NCBI GenBank assembly: GCA_041661645.1
Contig: JBAZUA010000003.1
Location: 86,841 to 150,840 of the forward strand
Length of the DNA stretch: 64,000 nucleotides
Source: Minisyncoccota bacterium
GTDB lineage: Bacteria; Patescibacteriota; Minisyncoccia; Phycocordibacterales; UBA6065
Reading direction: 5' to 3'
Positions 56,265 to 64,000 of the stretch are shown here, piece after piece. The notes beneath the pieces are model-generated. The model was not told the DNA's origin and searched no databases. It saw only the letters and a list, made by a program, of their open reading frames with translations. The position numbers and the translations under genes are program-made. Each line of letters begins with the position of its first letter. The first letter of the stretch is position 1.

Positions 56265-57077
56265 TTACTCTCTAATTATCTTCGAAAACTCGGGGTCATT
56301 CGCATATTTCATCGCCCTGTCATTTATCTGGAACCTTTTCCTCGCCTCGGCGAATGTCAGGTCGGTATTGATAAGTCCCAGGTCATAGGCAAAATGGTCG
56401 GATTGGCCGGGCACCAGAATGGTGATATTGAAGGGGATCTCGTGCGGTATGACCTTGTTCACATGGGTCATGATATTCGTGGTGCAGGTATTGGTGAGGG
56501 TGTTATAGAACTCGGGCTTGGTGGTCAGGGCATTCGCTCGATTGAGCATGTCCACGAATATGTCTCGCGTTGCCTGCGTCGTCGCGCGTATGGGATATAG
56601 AAACACTTTGTCGTTTCGATAGTTGGTGCGGAGTTTTATTACATCTTTCTCGTCCGCCACCACGTACATTATTTCGTATTGTCTGAAGAGGCCCTTGAGA
56701 GGGGAGAACGACTCGCCCTTTTCCTTGCGTATCTCGACCGATATCGAGACATAGTGGTCACCCTTGAATCCGAATGAGAGGAAAGTGTGCGCCAAATTGC
56801 CGCCCTTTGAAAACGGCTCGACCACATACCACAGGGACTCGATGTCGTTCAGATTAAAGGTCTTGTCGTAATAGGCGGGGGTGTATGAGGTCGTGGAGGC
56901 GTAACTGAAATTGCGGATATTGCGCACGGTAACCAGGTCGCCGTTGAATTCCGCGCTCGGCAATATGGCCTGATCGACCGACCAATCTCGGTCATTGTCT
57001 GGTCTGAAGGTGGTCACGAATAGCCCATAGAGGGCGAAAGGGAGGATACAAAGGCCTAAAATAAGCTTCTTTTTCAT
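56265..57077 (-). CDS. DUF4105-like lipoprotein/periplasmic protein
   Basis: Signal peptide (MKKKLILGLCILPFALYG); YNTLTNTCTTN motif characteristic of DUF4105 (Lnb N-terminal domain). Confidence 0.5.
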   Translation of the reverse strand: MKKKLILGLCILPFALYGLFVTTFRPDNDRDWSVDQAILPSAEFNGDLVTVRNIRNFSYASTTSYTPAYYDKTFNLNDIESLWYVVEPFSKGGNLAHTFLSFGFKGDHYVSISVEIRKEKGESFSPLKGLFRQYEIMYVVADEKDVIKLRTNYRNDKVFLYPIRATTQATRDIFVDMLNRANALTTKPEFYNTLTNTCTTNIMTHVNKVIPHEIPFNITILVPGQSDHFAYDLGLINTDLTFAEARKRFQINDRAMKYANDPEFSKIIRE

Positions 57078-57190
57078 ATGTGTATGAGTACAAGAATAGC
57101 ACCTTTTTTGCCCTATGCCCATAAATACGGCCTGTTTACTGGCTTAAATTGGTGTCGCTGATACTTTATTTAAACTTCACACGAAAGTCC

Positions 57191-57218
57191 TTGACCCCTT
57201 TAAAGCCCTGTGTATAAT
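57191..57218 (+). promoter_or_regulatory. candidate 16S rRNA promoter (TTGACC-16-TGTATAAT, extended -10)
   Basis: Hexamers plus TG; spacer motif shared with the 23S promoter. Confidence 0.5.
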
Positions 57219-57532
57219 GGTTGTTACCCCTCAAGTAGAGGGGGAAAAAGTTTTCGGTCTTTGAAATAATTATTGTTATTAAATATTTGAGAACGTGCAG
57301 TAGAAAACTGGTTATAAAGTTTCTACGCATTGTGCAAGTTAATTCAATTGAGAAGTTGGTTGTCGCAATTCGATGCAGATTCAGCATTCGATGCGACGTT
57401 AAACATATATAGGATTGTGGAGACCCCGGTAGCACGGGGAATCCCAGAACAAAGTAGTGAGCACTCATACTGTGATCTATTTTGTTCCGTTCGTCTTTCA
57501 GTGCACTCTTTCGGGAGTTTGCTGAAAGATTT

Positions 57533-59023
57533 AAAACAAGAGTTTGATCCTAGCTCAGGATGAACGCTGGCGGCGTGGATAAGGCATGCAAGTCAAGGGG
57601 GCCGCAAGGCAACCGGCGAACGAGGTAGTAATAAGTAGGTACGAACCTTCAAGTCAAGCATAGCTCGTCGAAAGACGGGGTAATTCTTGATAGTCCCTTC
57701 GGGGTAAAGATTTATCGCTTGAAGATCGGCCTGCTCGGTATCAGCTAGTTGGTGAGGTAAAAGCTCACCAAGGCAATGACGCCTAGGGGACCTGAGAGGG
57801 TGACCCCCACCGATGGAACTGAGACACGGTCCATACACCTACGGGTGGCCGCAGTCGAGAATCTTCCGCAATGGACGAAAGTCTGACGGAGCGACGCCGC
57901 GTGCAGGATGAAGTCCTTCGGGATGTAAACTGCTTTTATAGGGGAGGAAGTTTATTGACGTTACCCTAAGAATAAGAGGTTGCTAAACTCGTGCCAGCAG
58001 CAGCGGTAATACGAGTGCCTCAAGCGTTATCCGGAATCATTGGGCGTAAAGGGTTTGTAGGTGGTCATGTTAGTCTTTCGTTAAATTTCCCGGCTTAACC
58101 GGGAACATGCGGAGGAAACGGCATGACTTGAGGATGCAAGGGGTCTGCGGAACTCATAGTGTAGCGGTGAAATGCGTTGATATTATGGGGAACACCAAAA
58201 GCGAAGGCAGCAGACTGGGGCACTCCTGACACTGAAAAACGAAAGCGTGGGTAGCGAATGGGATTAGATACCCCAGTAGTCCACGCCCTAAACGATCTTC
58301 TCTAGCTATTTGGAGTATCGACCCTCTGAGTGGCGTAGCTAACGCGTTAAGAGAAGCGCCTGGGTAGTACGACCGCAAGGTTAAAACTCAAAGGAATAGA
58401 CGGGGACTTGCACAAGCGGAGGATCATGTGGTTTAATTCGATGGTAAACGAAGAACCTTACCAGGGTTGGAAATCTAGTTGAAGCCGAGCAGAAACGTTC
58501 GGCGCCGCAAGGCAATTAGACAGGTGCTGCATGGTCGTCGTCAGTTCGTGATTTGAATTGTTCCCTTCAGTGGGGTAACGAACGCAACCCTCATTGCCTG
58601 TTACAAGTGTCAGGCGAGACTGCCCAGCTTTTTGGTCACAATCGAAAGATTGCGCACAAGAAGCTGGGAGGAAGGTGAGGATGACGCCAGATCAGCATGG
58701 CCCTTTGATACCCTGGGCTACACACGTGATACAATGGCACTTACAACGCGAAGCGACGGGGAAACCCTGAGCAAATCGTTTAAAGAGTGCCCTAGTTCGG
58801 ATAGGAGTCTGCAACTCGACTCCTTGAAGCTGGATTCGCTAGTAATCTCGGGTCAGCTATACCGAGGTGAATACGTTCTCAAGTCTTGTACTCACCGCCC
58901 GTCAACTCAAGGGAGTTGGGAGTGCCCGAAGTCCGCGCTTGTCGCGGCCTAAGGCAAGCTCAATGACAGGGAGTAAGTCGTAACAAGGCACGGGTAGCGG
59001 AAGCTGCTCGTGGATTATTTCAA
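57533..59023 (+). rRNA. rrs: 16S ribosomal RNA (about 1.49 kb, no intron), 3' tail lacking the CCUCC anti-Shine-Dalgarno
   Basis: 5' AGAGTTTGATCCTAGCTCAGGATGAACGCTGGCGGCG; GTGCCAGCAGCAGCGGTAATAC (515 site variant); 3' GTCGTAACAAGGCACGGGTAGCGGAAGCTGCTCGTGGATTATTTCA. Confidence 0.9.
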
Positions 59024-59160
59024 GTGAAAACCGCTTTCCACTCTGTGGAGAGCTTACGGAGTCGATCATATTTATATGGGTTTTTCAGATACCTACAACT
59101 GAATGGACGTCAGGGAAGAACTGGCAAACAGAACGGAGCAAAGTAGAGGATAGTATGAAG

Positions 59161-59190
59161 AAAAAACCACCCGAAAGGGTGGTTTTTTCG
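59161..59190 (+). terminator. rho-independent terminator downstream of 16S
   Basis: AAAAAACCACCCgaaaGGGTGGTTTTTTCG. Confidence 0.75.
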
Positions 59191-59227
59191 TTGTGGCATA
59201 AGGGTTTTACGGAAGTAGGGGAAGGTA

Positions 59228-59255
59228 TTGACAAAAGTGTTGTATATGATATGAT
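59228..59255 (+). promoter_or_regulatory. candidate promoter (TTGACA-16-TATGAT) for the small ORF and tRNA-Ile
   Basis: Hexamers with 16-nt spacing between the 16S terminator and the 59328 ORF. Confidence 0.35.
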
Positions 59256-59327
59256 TATAATGTAAAAGCTCGGAGGGAGACCTCCTTTTGTCAGTCAGAG
59301 GGAATAGGAAACAGCCTGATTTCATCA

Positions 59328-59576
59328 ATGAAAACCAGTAGAACTCTTACGGATCTTGGTGTCGGTCACCATGAATCCCTGGGGGAGAAATTCCTCCGTC
59401 TCGTGAGCTCTGTAACGGAACTCACCGCGAAGCAGAAGATTCTGCTCGCCATCCCGGTCGGAATTGTCAGCGCTCCTCTTGCGTTTGGCATGATCCGATT
59501 CATCCTCATCGTTGGTTTCGGAAAATCAGCAGTCCCCATCATGTGGTTGGACTGGTGGTGGGTTTGGCTTCGGTAG
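59328..59576 (+). CDS. hypothetical small membrane protein
   Basis: 82-aa ORF with a C-terminal hydrophobic/Trp-rich segment; terminator follows. Confidence 0.3.
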   Translation: MKTSRTLTDLGVGHHESLGEKFLRLVSSVTELTAKQKILLAIPVGIVSAPLAFGMIRFILIVGFGKSAVPIMWLDWWWVWLR

Positions 59577-59588
59577 CCACCCACAAAC

Positions 59589-59628
59589 TCTGCGCCCCTG
59601 GCACCCGTGCCCGCGGCGCAGTTTTTTA
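59589..59628 (+). terminator. rho-independent terminator
   Basis: CTGCGCCcctggcacccgtgcccgcGGCGCAGTTTTTT. Confidence 0.6.
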
Positions 59629-59700
59629 TTGTCAAAACAGCCGTTTTCTGCTATATTTTCCAAGCTTCAAGCCAGGGTTGGGGCAGGGGTTCATAGACAT

Positions 59701-59773
59701 GCGCGTATAGCTCAGTTGGTAGAGCACATCACTGATACTGATGGGGTCCTAGGTTCAAATCCTAGTACGCGCA
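59701..59773 (+). tRNA. tRNA-Ile (anticodon GAT), no encoded CCA
   Basis: GCGCGTA acceptor, D-arm GCTCAGTTGGTAGAGC, anticodon loop CTGATAC, T-arm CTAGGTTCAAATCCTAG, 3' TACGCGCA. Confidence 0.85.
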
Positions 59774-59788
59774 CTAATACACAAAGCC

Positions 59789-60460
59789 ATGCACAAAGCT
59801 TTCACCATAGGTCAGTCCCTCGCGTTCGGTTGGGCAGAGTACAGGAAGAACATCTATTTTCTGACCCTTGTCACGGCGGCACTATTCCTCATTCAGATAG
59901 TCATCGGTGGCAAGACCTCGAGCGTCACCGTGGCAGTCACGAGGCAGATCTTCGACATCATCCTCGGGGGATTTGCCACATTCACCTCTGTCCGCATCGG
60001 TCTCAGGGCCCTCAAAGGGCAATCCTTTTCCTGGAAGGACATGTTCGACGTGCGTTGGAACGTGTTCGGCATGTATCTCATCGGCATGGCGCTCTTTACT
60101 CTCTGCTATCTTGTCGGCTTCGTCTTCTTCTTTATCCCCGGCCTTATCGCCATCATCCGCCTGAACTTCTTCGCCTTCATACTCGTCGACGAGGGTCTGT
60201 CGCCCCTCGACGCTCTCAAGAAAAGCTTTGCCATCACCAAAGGGCACTTCTGGAGACTTGCCGGATTCGCCTTGGTGCTTGATCTCATTATCATGGCCGG
60301 GGTGCTTGCCCTTGGCATAGGTGCGCTCGTCGCCATTCCTGTTTGTCTTCTTTCCACGGCTTTTGTGTACGGCAGACTCAAGCACGCGGCTTCGTCCCAC
60401 GCCCACAGTCATCCGCAGCCGACGCTCTCCCACTCACACGCCCATACCCCTGCGGCATAG
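59789..60460 (+). CDS. hypothetical polytopic membrane protein with His-rich C-terminal tail
   Basis: 223-aa ORF, about 5 TM helices, C-terminus SSHAHSHPQPTLSHSHAHTP. Confidence 0.4.
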   Translation: MHKAFTIGQSLAFGWAEYRKNIYFLTLVTAALFLIQIVIGGKTSSVTVAVTRQIFDIILGGFATFTSVRIGLRALKGQSFSWKDMFDVRWNVFGMYLIGMALFTLCYLVGFVFFFIPGLIAIIRLNFFAFILVDEGLSPLDALKKSFAITKGHFWRLAGFALVLDLIIMAGVLALGIGALVAIPVCLLSTAFVYGRLKHAASSHAHSHPQPTLSHSHAHTPAA

Positions 60461-60569
60461 GCATTTTTCGCCCCGTCTCCCTCGAAAGGCCCTCTGGATT
60501 GTGTTCTGGAGGGTTTTTCTGTATCATGTAAACTCGTTTTAATTTTTAACAATTAGGCCACCACACACC

Positions 60570-61988
60570 ATGACCACCAAGAAAACCAAGATTGTCTGCA
60601 CCATAGGACCAGCCACCGAATCCCAGGAAAAGCTCGAGGCTCTCCTCAAGGCCGGCATGAACGTCATGCGACTGAACTTCTCTCATGGCGACTTCAAGGA
60701 GCATCAGGCTCGTGTGGCCAATGTCCGCAAGGCGTCTGAGAAGACCGGAATACCGGTGGCCGTTCTCCAGGACCTCGCCGGACCGAAGATTCGCATCGGA
60801 ACCTTCAAGACCGACGCCGTCATGCTGAAGGAGGGTGCCAAGTTCACCATCACCACCGACAAGGTCGAGGGCGACGAGACCAGGGTCTCCGTGAACTACC
60901 CAAGCTTCGCCAAGGAGGTGAAGAAGGGCCATATCGTCTTCCTCCACGACGGCCGCAAGAAGCTCGAGGTTCTCGAGGTGAAGGGCAATGACGTCGTTTG
61001 CAGGATCTTGGTCGGCGGCGAGATCAAGGGTAAGCGAGGCGTCAACCTTCCTGACTCTGACCTTTCCATATCAGCCCTCACCGAGAAGGATCGTACCGAC
61101 CTCGAGTTTGGCGTGAAGAACAAGGTGGACTTCTTTGCCCTCTCGTTCGTTCGCCGAGCGGCCGACATCACCGAGCTCCGCGCCATCCTCGATGCCAAGA
61201 AGTCGAAGGCAAAGATCATAGCCAAGATAGAGACCCCTCAGTCCCTCGCCTGCATAGACGAGATACTCGACCTCGTCGACGGCATCATGGTGGCCCGAGG
61301 CGACCTCGCCATCGAGATCCCCGCAGAGAAGGTTCCTGCCGCCCAGAAGATGCTCATACGCAAGTGCAACGAGCGAGGCCTTCCCGTCATCACCGCGACC
61401 CAGATGCTTGAGTCTATGATCAAGGCACCCGTTCCTACCCGAGCCGAGGTCTCTGACGTCGCGAACGCCATCATCGACGGCACCGACGCCGTCATGCTCT
61501 CCGAGGAGACAACCCTCGGTGACTTCCCGGTACTCGCCGTAGAGGTCATGTCCAAGGTTGCCCTTCAGGTGGAGAGCGAGCTCATGGGCGAGCAGTTCTT
61601 CGCGCCTGTTGGCGAGGATGGCTCTGAGAGCGTGGGCGAGGCCATGACCGCCTCTGCCGTCGACACTGCCGATCGAGTGGATGCAAAGTTCCTCGTATCG
61701 TTCACCAACGGGGGATATAGCGCTCGCATGATTTCGAGGCATAAGCCGGCACAGCGAATATTCGCCTTCACCCCGAACGAGGTTACCTTCCGACAGACGA
61801 CCCTCTCATGGGGCGTCACCCCGGTTCTGGTCGAGAAGACCACGAGCTTCGATGAGATCACCAAGGTTGTCCGAGAGCACTTCCTCAAGAGCAAGCTCGC
61901 GGCCAAGGGCGACAAGATCGTCATGGCATCGACCCTTCCTTTCGGAAAGTCGCTCGAGACCAACATGGTCCTTGTCGAGACTCTCTAA
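60570..61988 (+). CDS. pyk: pyruvate kinase
   Basis: KIVCTIGPAT, MNVMRLNFSHG, IIAKIE..Q...IDEIL...DGIMVARGDLAIEIP, MLESM. Confidence 0.9.
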   Translation: MTTKKTKIVCTIGPATESQEKLEALLKAGMNVMRLNFSHGDFKEHQARVANVRKASEKTGIPVAVLQDLAGPKIRIGTFKTDAVMLKEGAKFTITTDKVEGDETRVSVNYPSFAKEVKKGHIVFLHDGRKKLEVLEVKGNDVVCRILVGGEIKGKRGVNLPDSDLSISALTEKDRTDLEFGVKNKVDFFALSFVRRAADITELRAILDAKKSKAKIIAKIETPQSLACIDEILDLVDGIMVARGDLAIEIPAEKVPAAQKMLIRKCNERGLPVITATQMLESMIKAPVPTRAEVSDVANAIIDGTDAVMLSEETTLGDFPVLAVEVMSKVALQVESELMGEQFFAPVGEDGSESVGEAMTASAVDTADRVDAKFLVSFTNGGYSARMISRHKPAQRIFAFTPNEVTFRQTTLSWGVTPVLVEKTTSFDEITKVVREHFLKSKLAAKGDKIVMASTLPFGKSLETNMVLVETL

Positions 61989-62028
61989 ATTAAGGCCCAC
62001 AATTGTCCATTGTGGACAGAAGAGAGAG

Positions 62029-62057
62029 GAGTCGCCCCTTGCGGGGCGATTTTTCGT
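62029..62057 (+). terminator. rho-independent terminator after pyk
   Basis: GAGTCGCCCCttgcGGGGCGATTTTTCG. Confidence 0.8.
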
Positions 62058-62091
62058 GATACAATTTATCGCATATACATAAAGCACATCT

Positions 62092-62637
62092 ATGAACACA
62101 TCATTGATCACACGATCCATCATCTTTGCCGGCGCCTTCGCCCTATGCGCGACGCTTGCTCCAAACCTTGCCTCGGCCCAGACCTGGACGGCCCCGACGC
62201 TCACCCCTCCGGGAGGTAACGTTTCTGAGCCGATAAACGCCAGCTCCTCGTCCCAGACCAAGGTGGGAGGGCTTTCTCTCGGAAGCCTCAATGTGACGGG
62301 GAACGCTAGCGCTGTTGGGAGCATGTCCGCCGCCTCTTTCCTCTATTCTTCCGACAGGTCTCTCAAGGAGAACATACAGACGTTTGCGAATCCTCTCGCC
62401 ACTGTGCTTGGGCTTCGCGGGGTTTCGTTCACCTGGAAGAAGGGTGGGCAGAAGGACTTCGGCGTCATCGCCCAGGAGGTTGAAAAGGTCATTCCCGAGG
62501 CTGTTCATATCAATGTGGGTACAGGCCTCAAGTCTGTTGAATACGGAAACCTCGTCGGAGTGCTGATCGAGGCAATAAAGGCTCAACAGGTTGAAATCGA
62601 CGCTCTCAAGGCGAGAGTGGATTCCTTAACTAAATAA
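62092..62637 (+). CDS. secreted protein with C-terminal phage tail-fibre/endosialidase intramolecular-chaperone (Peptidase_S74-like) domain
   Basis: Signal peptide (AFALCATLAPNLASAQT); C-terminus SDRSLKENIQTF..LATVLGLRGVSFTWKKGGQKDFGVIAQEVEKVIPEAV...VEYGNLVGVLIEAIKAQQVEIDALKARVDSL matches the S74 chaperone-domain consensus (SDRRLKENI...G.IAQEV..V.PE.V....Y..L....I.A.QE.Q..I..L). Confidence 0.55.
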   Translation: MNTSLITRSIIFAGAFALCATLAPNLASAQTWTAPTLTPPGGNVSEPINASSSSQTKVGGLSLGSLNVTGNASAVGSMSAASFLYSSDRSLKENIQTFANPLATVLGLRGVSFTWKKGGQKDFGVIAQEVEKVIPEAVHINVGTGLKSVEYGNLVGVLIEAIKAQQVEIDALKARVDSLTK

Positions 62638-62638
62638 C

Positions 62639-64000
62639 ATGCTGAGACGCTTCCTTAGGACATCGCCGCTCATCGTTGCGCTTGTTGCGGGGGTGCTGTG
62701 CGTCGGCGCGCTCTATGCGGCGCAATCATATTCGGTCACCAAAGGCGGTGGCTCGCTTGTCGTGAACGAGTTCGGAACCTGCAAGAGGGTGACGAACAAC
62801 AATGCAAAGGACATCTTCGTCCCGACCAAGACCACGAATGAGTGGAGCCTGTTCAGGACCAACGCTCAAAATGTCACGCTCGGGGATTGCGTGGTCGGAC
62901 TCATGAGGACTGACGTGTTTCGAAATGATGGGACCAACAGCACCTACGCCACGACGTCGCCGGCGGGTACCCAGTACGCCATAATCAAAGCCTATGGCGC
63001 AGGAGGAGGGGGCACTGACAGAACCTGGGGTAAGGTCAGTACCGCGAACGGCGGGTACGGCGGATACGTGGCGGCGCAATACGCAATCTCTGGCGGAGAG
63101 TCTTTGACCATCATGCCCGGAGGCGGAGGAGGATCAGGTGGCTCGGGGGCAGGGAATGGATACGGCCCCGGTGGCGGCGGCATGACAAAGGTTGTGACGT
63201 CCCTCGGCACGCTGTGGGCGGGAGGTGGCGGCGGCGCGGCAGGAAACTCCTACAGTCAGGGACCCGCAAGCAATCAGGTCGTTGTGGATGGTGATCCCGC
63301 TGTTTATACCGGCAGCTCTGCGGGAACATGGACCACGGCGGGAGGCGGGGACAATGGCACCCTTGGCCTGGGAGGCAACGGAAAGACTCAGTCTGGCTCT
63401 CCACAGGGCAACGGCGGCTGGAACGGCGGCGGTTCGGGTGGAGCCCATTACACCCAACATGCCGGAGGCGGCGGAGGCGGAGGCGGCTATTATGGAGGAT
63501 CGGGAGGAAATAGGGGCTATGGATCGAACGGCTCTGGTGGCGACATCACGTCCTCCCCTGGCTATGGCGGATCATCATATGCGAACGGCTCCCCGACAGG
63601 TCTCACATATCTGCCCGCACGTATACCATCAGCGACATCACAGAGGCTCGCGTACGATTCGGCACTTAACAAGTATTTCTATATTAATTCTACAGCGGTG
63701 GCAGAGGGGAGCTATACCGAGGGTGGGTATTCTTCAATCACGGCACCCGTGCCTCCTGGCGCGACGAAGACGGACATCGTGATAACCGTCGCCGCCTCGT
63801 ATCAGACTCAGTGTACCCGTACGGGATGCGTCACTGTGCCGGCCGTAAAGAAAAACGGCTATTCCGTGAGTGATCCCGGGGCGGGAAAGGTCTGGACCTT
63901 CAACGTACCCAATCAGGACTTCGAGGCATTCCTTCCGGGAACTGGCTATCTCGAGAACACTGATTACACCTCTCACTCGTTTGGGACTTTCAACATAGGT
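62639..64000 (+). CDS. Gly-rich secreted protein (5' partial; continues beyond the window, more than 453 aa)
   Basis: ATG at 62639 two nt after the upstream stop; N-terminal signal peptide; long GGxGG/GYGG low-complexity region (GGGGGSGGSGAGNGYGPGGGG...GGGGGGGGYYGGSGGNRGYG); no stop before 64000; absent from the supplied ORF track because it is open-ended. Confidence 0.5.
   Translation, partial: MLRRFLRTSPLIVALVAGVLCVGALYAAQSYSVTKGGGSLVVNEFGTCKRVTNNNAKDIFVPTKTTNEWSLFRTNAQNVTLGDCVVGLMRTDVFRNDGTNSTYATTSPAGTQYAIIKAYGAGGGGTDRTWGKVSTANGGYGGYVAAQYAISGGESLTIMPGGGGGSGGSGAGNGYGPGGGGMTKVVTSLGTLWAGGGGGAAGNSYSQGPASNQVVVDGDPAVYTGSSAGTWTTAGGGDNGTLGLGGNGKTQSGSPQGNGGWNGGGSGGAHYTQHAGGGGGGGGYYGGSGGNRGYGSNGSGGDITSSPGYGGSSYANGSPTGLTYLPARIPSATSQRLAYDSALNKYFYINSTAVAEGSYTEGGYSSITAPVPPGATKTDIVITVAASYQTQCTRTGCVTVPAVKKNGYSVSDPGAGKVWTFNVPNQDFEAFLPGTGYLENTDYTSHSFGTFNIG

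Noticed and set aside
62990-63560. Gly-rich region considered as a collagen-like triple-helix repeat
   Set aside because: No strict G-X-Y periodicity; it is an irregular GGxGG/GYGG low-complexity region.

Overview
The window reads as one contiguous chromosomal segment from a small-genome bacterium. I infer, without a database match, that it is probably CPR/Patescibacteria-like. Supporting signs are about 55% GC and compact, mostly plus-strand genes. No gene start carries a Shine-Dalgarno motif; the context before ATG is A/C-rich (aaccATG). The 16S 3' tail reads GGAUUAUUUCA instead of GGAUCACCUCCUU. The rRNA genes are unlinked: 23S-5S lies at 42.3-46.1 kb and 16S-tRNA-Ile at 57.5-59.8 kb, both on the plus strand. 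The 23S carries two group-I-like introns, at the E. coli ~1931 and 2593 sites. The core gene content is secE-nusG-rplK and a complete thymidylate module (dCMP deaminase, long ThyX, glyA, tmk, dut). It also includes argS, an ileS with a cleanly inserted histidine-phosphatase (PGAM-like) domain, a recO-like gene and glyQS. Further core genes are an M16 peptidase, an AI-2E transporter, metG, tatD and a dinJ-yafQ toxin-antitoxin pair with a perfect palindromic operator. The remainder is rpsF-ssb-rpsR, efp, recA, ftsK, rplJ-rplL, rodA, three envelope-glycan genes, secDF and pyk. The accessory content most worth a second look is a cell-surface island at 31.9-39.3 kb. It encodes a peptidoglycan-binding surface protein with a ~500-nt 5' UTR, two lamin-tail-domain proteins, and a beta-helix/LCAT-like phospholipase with a C-terminal anchor that is translationally coupled to the gene upstream. 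At the 3' edge there is also a signal-peptide protein with a phage tail-fibre intramolecular-chaperone (S74-like) domain, followed by a partial Gly-rich secreted protein. Coordinates of RNA ends, promoters and terminators are approximate to within a few nt.
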